Below, piece by piece: positions 59,028 to 64,000 of a stretch of DNA of 64,000 bases; the first letter of the stretch is position 1; each line of letters opens with the position of its first letter. The DNA comes from Gemmatimonadota bacterium. Lineage in GTDB: Bacteria > Gemmatimonadota > Gemmatimonadetes > Palauibacterales > Palauibacteraceae. The notes beneath the pieces are model-generated. The model ran no database searches, was not told the DNA's origin, and saw only the letters and a list, made by a program, of their open reading frames with translations. The stretch is taken from the NCBI GenBank assembly GCA_029262175.1, contig JAJCZV010000235.1, positions 3,014 to 67,013 of the forward strand. The letters are read 5' to 3'. Position numbers and translations under genes: made by a program.

Positions 59028-59833
59028 GCGGCACCCCGCCAGCCACCGCAGGAACGCAAGGCGCACTCGTCTGCGAAGCGGTCTCTCACAAGTACGACAA
59101 AGACGACGGAGAACTCGCAGCGCTCGCGGACGTGGATCTTCAAGTGCAGCCTGGGGAATTCGTCAGCATCGTCGGTCCAAGCGGCTGTGGTAAGACGACG
59201 CTCCTAAAGATCATCGCGGGCCTCATGACGCCTTCGTCGGGCAACGTGAGCTTCCCGGGTCATGCCCAAGATGATCCGCCGCGCAACGGACTGGTGTTTC
59301 AGGAGCACGGCGTCTTCCCCTGGATGACGGTCTTGGACAACGTCGCCTTCGGTCTGGAGATGCGTCAGGTTCCGCGGGTCGAGCGTCAGCAGCGGGCCGC
59401 CGAGTTTATCGAGCGGGTCGGGCTCCAGGAGTTTGGGAGCAGTTATCCGCATCAACTCTCCGTGGGCATGCGTCAGCGCGTGGGAATCGCGCGCGCTTTC
59501 GTGGCAGACGTTCCGATCCTGCTCATGGACGAGCCTTTCGGATCGCTCGACGCGCAGACCAAGATCGTGCTCCAAGAAGAGCTCCTCCGTCTCTGGAGCC
59601 ACGATCGCAAACTCGTCGTGTATGTCACACACGACATCGAGGAGGCCGTGCGACTCGGCGACCGGGTGCTCGTCATGAGTGGCCGGCCCGGACGCATCCG
59701 AGAGGACATCACCGTTCCGTTCGAAAGACCGCGACAGCTGGGGCGCGGCGACCCCGCCGTGTCCGAGCTGGTGTGGCATATCTGGGATCTCCTGCGCGAC
59801 GACGTCCGCAGCGGTCTTTCCTTGCGAGACTGA
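59024..59833 (+). CDS. ABC transporter ATP-binding protein, NitT/TauT (SsuB/TauB-like) family
   Basis: Walker A GPSGCGKTT, signature QLSVGMRQR, Walker B LLMDEPFGSLD. Confidence 0.85.
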   Translation: MSGTPPATAGTQGALVCEAVSHKYDKDDGELAALADVDLQVQPGEFVSIVGPSGCGKTTLLKIIAGLMTPSSGNVSFPGHAQDDPPRNGLVFQEHGVFPWMTVLDNVAFGLEMRQVPRVERQQRAAEFIERVGLQEFGSSYPHQLSVGMRQRVGIARAFVADVPILLMDEPFGSLDAQTKIVLQEELLRLWSHDRKLVVYVTHDIEEAVRLGDRVLVMSGRPGRIREDITVPFERPRQLGRGDPAVSELVWHIWDLLRDDVRSGLSLRD

Positions 59834-60621
59834 TGTCGCGCCGAGAGTCGAATCGTCAAGTGGTCGATTCACGCTGGATACCGGCGATCGTCGTCTCGAT
59901 CGCCCTGGTATCCTGGGAGGGTTCTGCTCGGCTCGGCGCTCTACCAGGCTTTCTGTTCTCCTCTCCGACCATCGTGATCAGCACGCTGGTCCAATCATTG
60001 GCGAGCGGAGAGATGTTCCGGCACATCGCGGCCACGCTCCTTCGAGTGATTCCGGGACTGCTGCTCGGCGCGATCCCAGGGTTCGCGCTCGGGATCGGCA
60101 TGGGGCTCTCGCCGCAGCTTCGTCGGGGGCTGGATCCGCTGCTCGCCGCAGTGCACCCTATCCCGAAGATCGCGATCCTCCCGTTGGTCATGATTTTTCT
60201 GGGGGTCGGCGAGGCGTCGAGGATCGCCGTGGCATCGGTTGCCGCGTTCTTCCCCATGTTGATCAACACGATGGCCGGCATCCGACAGATCGATCCCATC
60301 TATTTTCAGGTCGCCGAAAACTACGGCGCCAGCCGTCTCAAGTTGCTCACGCGCGTGGTTCTGCCAGGCAGCTTGCCGCTGGTACTGAGCGGACTTCGAC
60401 TCGCCGCGAACGTGACGCTGCTGGTGACGATCTCGGCGGAGATCGTGATGGCGGATGTGGGTCTCGGATCGTTCGTTTGGCTTGCCTGGGAGACCCTTCG
60501 CGTCGAACTGCTCTACGCCACGTTGATCGTAATCTCGACGCTGGGGATCACGCTGACCGCGAGTCTTCGGTTCCTACAGAGCGCCCTGGCTCCCTGGGAG
60601 GTCGCTGAGCCACGGAGGTAG
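59833..60621 (+). CDS. ABC transporter permease, SsuC/TauC-like (BPD_transp_1)
   Basis: Six TM helices and the EAA-like loop region. The start overlaps the ATPase stop (TGATG). Confidence 0.8.
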   Translation: MSRRESNRQVVDSRWIPAIVVSIALVSWEGSARLGALPGFLFSSPTIVISTLVQSLASGEMFRHIAATLLRVIPGLLLGAIPGFALGIGMGLSPQLRRGLDPLLAAVHPIPKIAILPLVMIFLGVGEASRIAVASVAAFFPMLINTMAGIRQIDPIYFQVAENYGASRLKLLTRVVLPGSLPLVLSGLRLAANVTLLVTISAEIVMADVGLGSFVWLAWETLRVELLYATLIVISTLGITLTASLRFLQSALAPWEVAEPRR

Positions 60622-60627
60622 TCCCGT

Positions 60628-60643
60628 CCCGACGGTGGTCGGG
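60628..60643. terminator. Short GC hairpin between convergent permease and doxX genes (possible bidirectional terminator)
   Basis: CCCGAC-GGTG-GTCGGG. The stem is only 6 bp and there is no clear U-tract. Confidence 0.3.
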
Positions 60644-60646
60644 CGG

Positions 60647-61318
60647 CTAGGACCGTCCAGGTCTTCGGCGCGCCTCGAGAATCGATCCGACGAGCACCAG
60701 CAGGATCGCGATCAAACCCGCGGCGAGCAAAGGAAGGAGTGCTGCGCCGGGCATGAAGCCGCGGGTGTCCAAGAGCACGCCCATCCCGGCCAGCCCCCCG
60801 AGCACCCACCCCGTGATCTCGACTCCACCCATGCCGTCCAGGAGCCGCGGGCCGCCTCGCCCGAGCACGTGCGATCCGGCCGACCAGATTCGGTCGGCAT
60901 CCCAACACACCAAGTAGGTGACCGCCAACACGAGCAGACCAGTGACGTACACCGTACCGGTGAACCCAACGCCCCAGGTGATGAAGAAGATACTGACGGC
61001 GATCGGCAAGAAGAGCAGCGCGCCGAGCGCGGCTGTCGCGGGGATTAGGAGACAAACGCCCGCGACGATTTGCATGACCCCGATGAAATTCCAGTACGGA
61101 CCCGTTCGGTACATGGCTTCGAAGAAGAAGCCGACGGGATTGTCCACTCCGAGTAGGGTGAAACGCTGACCCGTGGCCTTTACCAAACCCGTGGGGATAA
61201 AGGCCATCGCCAGGAGTAGCCGCGTCATCAACGTGAAGCGTCGCAGCCAGGGCTGAGCGTGCGCCCAACCCTGGGCCCTGGAAAACGACGCGGGAAACGC
61301 GTTGCGAGGCTTGTCCAT
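60647..61318 (-). CDS. DoxX family membrane protein
   Basis: Four TM helices with a DoxX-like pattern (LLLAMAFIPTGLVKATG...IVAGVCLLIP). Confidence 0.7.
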   Translation of the reverse strand: MDKPRNAFPASFSRAQGWAHAQPWLRRFTLMTRLLLAMAFIPTGLVKATGQRFTLLGVDNPVGFFFEAMYRTGPYWNFIGVMQIVAGVCLLIPATAALGALLFLPIAVSIFFITWGVGFTGTVYVTGLLVLAVTYLVCWDADRIWSAGSHVLGRGGPRLLDGMGGVEITGWVLGGLAGMGVLLDTRGFMPGAALLPLLAAGLIAILLVLVGSILEARRRPGRS

Positions 61319-61431
61319 TGGTCATGATCGTCGGAAGAAGTGGCCAACACCGTGCGCGTGCTCCACGCAAATCAACCTCTGAAGAACCTACGCGAGCGGG
61401 GTATGAAAGGAGTCAGCGGTGGCCCGCTCCA

Positions 61432-62379
61432 CTACGACGACGTTTGGCCCTCGTCCAAACTGCGCCACACCATCGCGACCCACTCCGCCGTCGGAACCAA
61501 CCTCGAACTCCACGAAGCCCACTGCTCGTCCAGCCCGTCCCGCTGCGCGTCCTCGAGCGAGACGCCACGACTCTTGAGGTCACGAATCGCGTGAACGGTC
61601 TCGTTGACCATTGTGGCGTAGGACGCCAACTGAGTCGACGTCATCGGCGCGCCATGTCCGGGGACGACGGTCGTGGTCGCGGGCAGTCCGGCCGAGATCT
61701 CCGTAAGAGCTGCCGCAAGTCCCAGGGCGCTGCCGCCATTGTAGGTATCGACGAAGGGAAAGCTCTCGGGCCACACGAGATCCCCTACGACCAGCACGCC
61801 CGAGTCGGGAGCGTAGACCACCAGATCGCCGTCGGTGTGCGCGTGTGGGTAGTGCGCGACCCGGAGCGCTCCGTTTCCGATCGACAGCGTCAGCGTGTCC
61901 GAGACCAGCCGAGTGGGAAGCGCCTCGGCGGCTCGCGGCGGGAAGACGTGGTGCGAGCCGGGCTTCGTGAGACCAAACCCTTCCTGTGGAGAACTCAGTC
62001 GCTCGCGCGTCGAGGCGTGCGCGACAATCATCGCTCCGGCGGCCAAGGCCTGGTTTCCGCCGCTGTGATCCGGGTGCCAATGCGTGTTGACCACCGCGGT
62101 TGTGGACGCGCCCCACCTGCGATCGAGCAGCCGCCCGATCCGGCGGGACAAGGGTCCGAGCTGCGCATCCACGAGCAGCAGCCCGAGGTTCCCCGAGAAG
62201 ACCGTCACGTTGGCGCCGATGTCGTTCAGGCCGTTTCCGGTCCGCAACACGTGCACACCTTCCGCCACTTCGACGACCTTCGTCCGACCGAGCAAGAAGA
62301 ACTGCGCGCCGAACGCGAGGGCCACCGCGACGCCGACCAACCAGAGCGCGATCCGCAGTTTTCTACCAGGCTTACGCAT
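61432..62379 (-). CDS. MBL-fold metallo-hydrolase
   Basis: HxHxDH motif THWHPDHSGG, with downstream His/Asp ligands (HTDGD, PGHG). Confidence 0.75.
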   Translation of the reverse strand: MRKPGRKLRIALWLVGVAVALAFGAQFFLLGRTKVVEVAEGVHVLRTGNGLNDIGANVTVFSGNLGLLLVDAQLGPLSRRIGRLLDRRWGASTTAVVNTHWHPDHSGGNQALAAGAMIVAHASTRERLSSPQEGFGLTKPGSHHVFPPRAAEALPTRLVSDTLTLSIGNGALRVAHYPHAHTDGDLVVYAPDSGVLVVGDLVWPESFPFVDTYNGGSALGLAAALTEISAGLPATTTVVPGHGAPMTSTQLASYATMVNETVHAIRDLKSRGVSLEDAQRDGLDEQWASWSSRLVPTAEWVAMVWRSLDEGQTSS

Positions 62380-63013
62380 CGGCGCACGCCAGATAGCGAT
62401 AGATGACGTCCGTCGTCTCCCGCACGAGTCCGCGATTGCTTACGGGTCGGGGCAAGAGCCCGGGCGAACCGAAGACCACCGTCTCCCTCAAGGTCGACAC
62501 CAGCACGGTGACGGCGAATTGGACGGCCTGCTTCGGGCGAGGATGTCGGATGTCGGCGCCTCTGGCGAGGAGAATCCTACCGACCTCGCTTACGAGGGCC
62601 CGATTCACCTTTTTCGATCGCGCGACGAACGGGTCGGAAGGGTTGATCCGAGTGTGATAGAAGACGGCCTTCAGTAGTCCGCCATGCGTTCGATAGAGCT
62701 CGAGCGTATGCGTGACCAGGCGTTCGATCAGACTCCTGAGCGTGTCGTCGGCCAACCGCGCCGGTCCGAAGCTCTCTTCGATCGAGTTTTTGGCGTCGGC
62801 GAGAAACTGCTCGTGAAGCGCGTGAAACAGCGCCTCCTTGTTGTCGAACCGAGCGTAGAAAGCGCCGGTTGAAGTGTTCGCGCGCTTGACGATCTCGTTG
62901 ATCGAAGCGCTGTCGTATCCGCCTTCGGCCATCAGGTCTTCTGTCACGCGATAAATCCGCGACAGCGTGTCGCGGCTCCGCGCCTGCGTCGGCGTACGTA
63001 CCCATTGCGTCAT
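62372..63013 (-). CDS. TetR/AcrR family transcriptional regulator
   Basis: N-terminal HTH (TQARSRDTLSRIYRVTEDLMAEGGYDSASINEIVKRANTSTGAFYARF). Overlaps the downstream MBL gene start by 8 bp, consistent with one operon. Confidence 0.8.
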   Translation of the reverse strand: MTQWVRTPTQARSRDTLSRIYRVTEDLMAEGGYDSASINEIVKRANTSTGAFYARFDNKEALFHALHEQFLADAKNSIEESFGPARLADDTLRSLIERLVTHTLELYRTHGGLLKAVFYHTRINPSDPFVARSKKVNRALVSEVGRILLARGADIRHPRPKQAVQFAVTVLVSTLRETVVFGSPGLLPRPVSNRGLVRETTDVIYRYLACADA

Positions 63014-63177
63014 CCGAGCCCCAAACCATAAATAGAATTCTGTTTCTGTTTCAAACACTAGTCGCCTCGCCTCGGTTCGTCAAACACCCGGGGAAGCGCG
63101 AGGACGTGGCGCGGGCCGACGACCCGCGGCAACTTCTCAGCTTCCTACATTCCGCGAAACGATGCCCGGAGAGCCCA

Positions 63178-64000
63178 GGTGACTACCCGTCGCACCCCAT
63201 CTCTTGCAGTGCTGCTGCCCCTGCTGACGCTGCTGACGCTGCTCGCAGCCGACGTCGCGGCCCAGGGTATTCCCACCCCGGAGTCCGTGCTCGGCTTTCA
63301 GCCGGGCGCCGATTTCGAGCTCGCTACTTATGAGGAGTCCATCGAGTATTTCGAGCGCCTCGATGAGGCGAGCGAGCGTGTCCGTCTCGTGAAGGTCGGT
63401 CGCACTTCGGAAGGACGGGATTGGTACGTCGCGATCATCTCATCTGCGGCAAACCTCCGGGATATCGATCGGTATCGTCAGATCGCCGACCAGGTCGCGC
63501 ATCCAAACGACCTCACGGACGACGCGGCTCGCTCGCTCGCGACGAGCGGTCTTCCGATCGTGGACATCAGTGGCGGCCTGCACGCATCCGAGGTCGCTGG
63601 AGCCCAACACACGATCGTGCTGGCCCACGAGCTCGTCAGCAGCGAAGAACCCCGGATCGCCGACATCCGAGAACACGTCATCACCGTCTTGTGGCCCTCG
63701 CTCAACCCCGACGGTCAGACGATGATCGGCGAATGGTATCGATCCAACGTCGGGACGCCATACGAAGTCGCACCGATGCCGTGGCTATACCAAAAATACA
63801 TCGGGCACGACAACAACCGCGACGGATATATGCTCAACATGATCGAGTCGCGCGTGCTTGCTCGGACCTGGCAGGCCTGGGATCCGCAGATCATCTACGT
63901 ACACCATCAAAGCTCACCCTTCCCTACCCGAATCTGGCTGCCCCCGTTTGCGGAGCCGATCGCCACGTATGTGCCACCGCTCATGTCGCGTACCGTGAAC
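63178..64000 (+). CDS. Secreted M14 family carboxypeptidase (paralog of 44003..46930), 3' truncated by the window end
   Basis: GTG start with signal peptide (LAVLLPLLTLLTLLAADVAAQG). The HxxE motif is in ISGGLHASEVAG. The KYIGHDNNRDGYM block matches the KYVAHDNNRDGMG block of the first M14 paralog. Confidence 0.65.

Overview
This is a 64-kb window of high-GC (~66-68 %) bacterial chromosome with tightly packed genes and frequent 1-4 nt stop/start overlaps (ATGA, TTGA, GTGA). I support roughly 55 protein-coding genes plus a few gene remnants. I found no rRNA, tRNA, CRISPR array, transposase or integrase. Several gene types point to a Gemmatimonadota- or Acidobacteriota-like soil or aquatic bacterium. 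These are an ADOP duplicated permease with its PadR partner, two tricorn/M14-type large peptidases, an LVIVD-repeat protein, many Sec/TAT-exported hydrolases and periplasmic redox enzymes, and a DUF5916-like outer-membrane protein. The genome is high-GC, so the ORF track is full of antisense 'shadow' ORFs, and I discarded those.

The most interesting stretch is ~12.8-25.7 kb. It contains an ECF sigma factor, an RskA-like anti-sigma factor, a small secreted protein and TspO. These are followed, with start/stop overlaps, by an AttEFGH-like ABC system: two FtsX permeases, an ATPase, and an AttH/CrtC-like protein anchored by an FtsX-type TM1 helix. A convergent MerR-B12 (CarH/LitR-like) regulator comes next, then a nested-palindrome operator, a fasciclin gene, and a decayed partial copy of the AttH-like 3' end. 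I read this as a candidate light / photo-oxidative-stress envelope module that has not been described in this form.

Other notable items:
- a 59-aa histone-fold (HBb/DUF1931-like) gene that the ORF track missed;
- a J-domain-zinc-ribbon-PilZ fusion;
- an SDR-DUF1028-TPR secreted fusion;
- an operon of tricorn-like protease, PaaK/F390-synthetase-like adenylating enzyme, tandem NitT/TauT-type substrate-binding proteins and ABC transporter, with a third translationally coupled binding-protein remnant;
- an isochorismatase-family pseudogene remnant;
- a PadR operator candidate.
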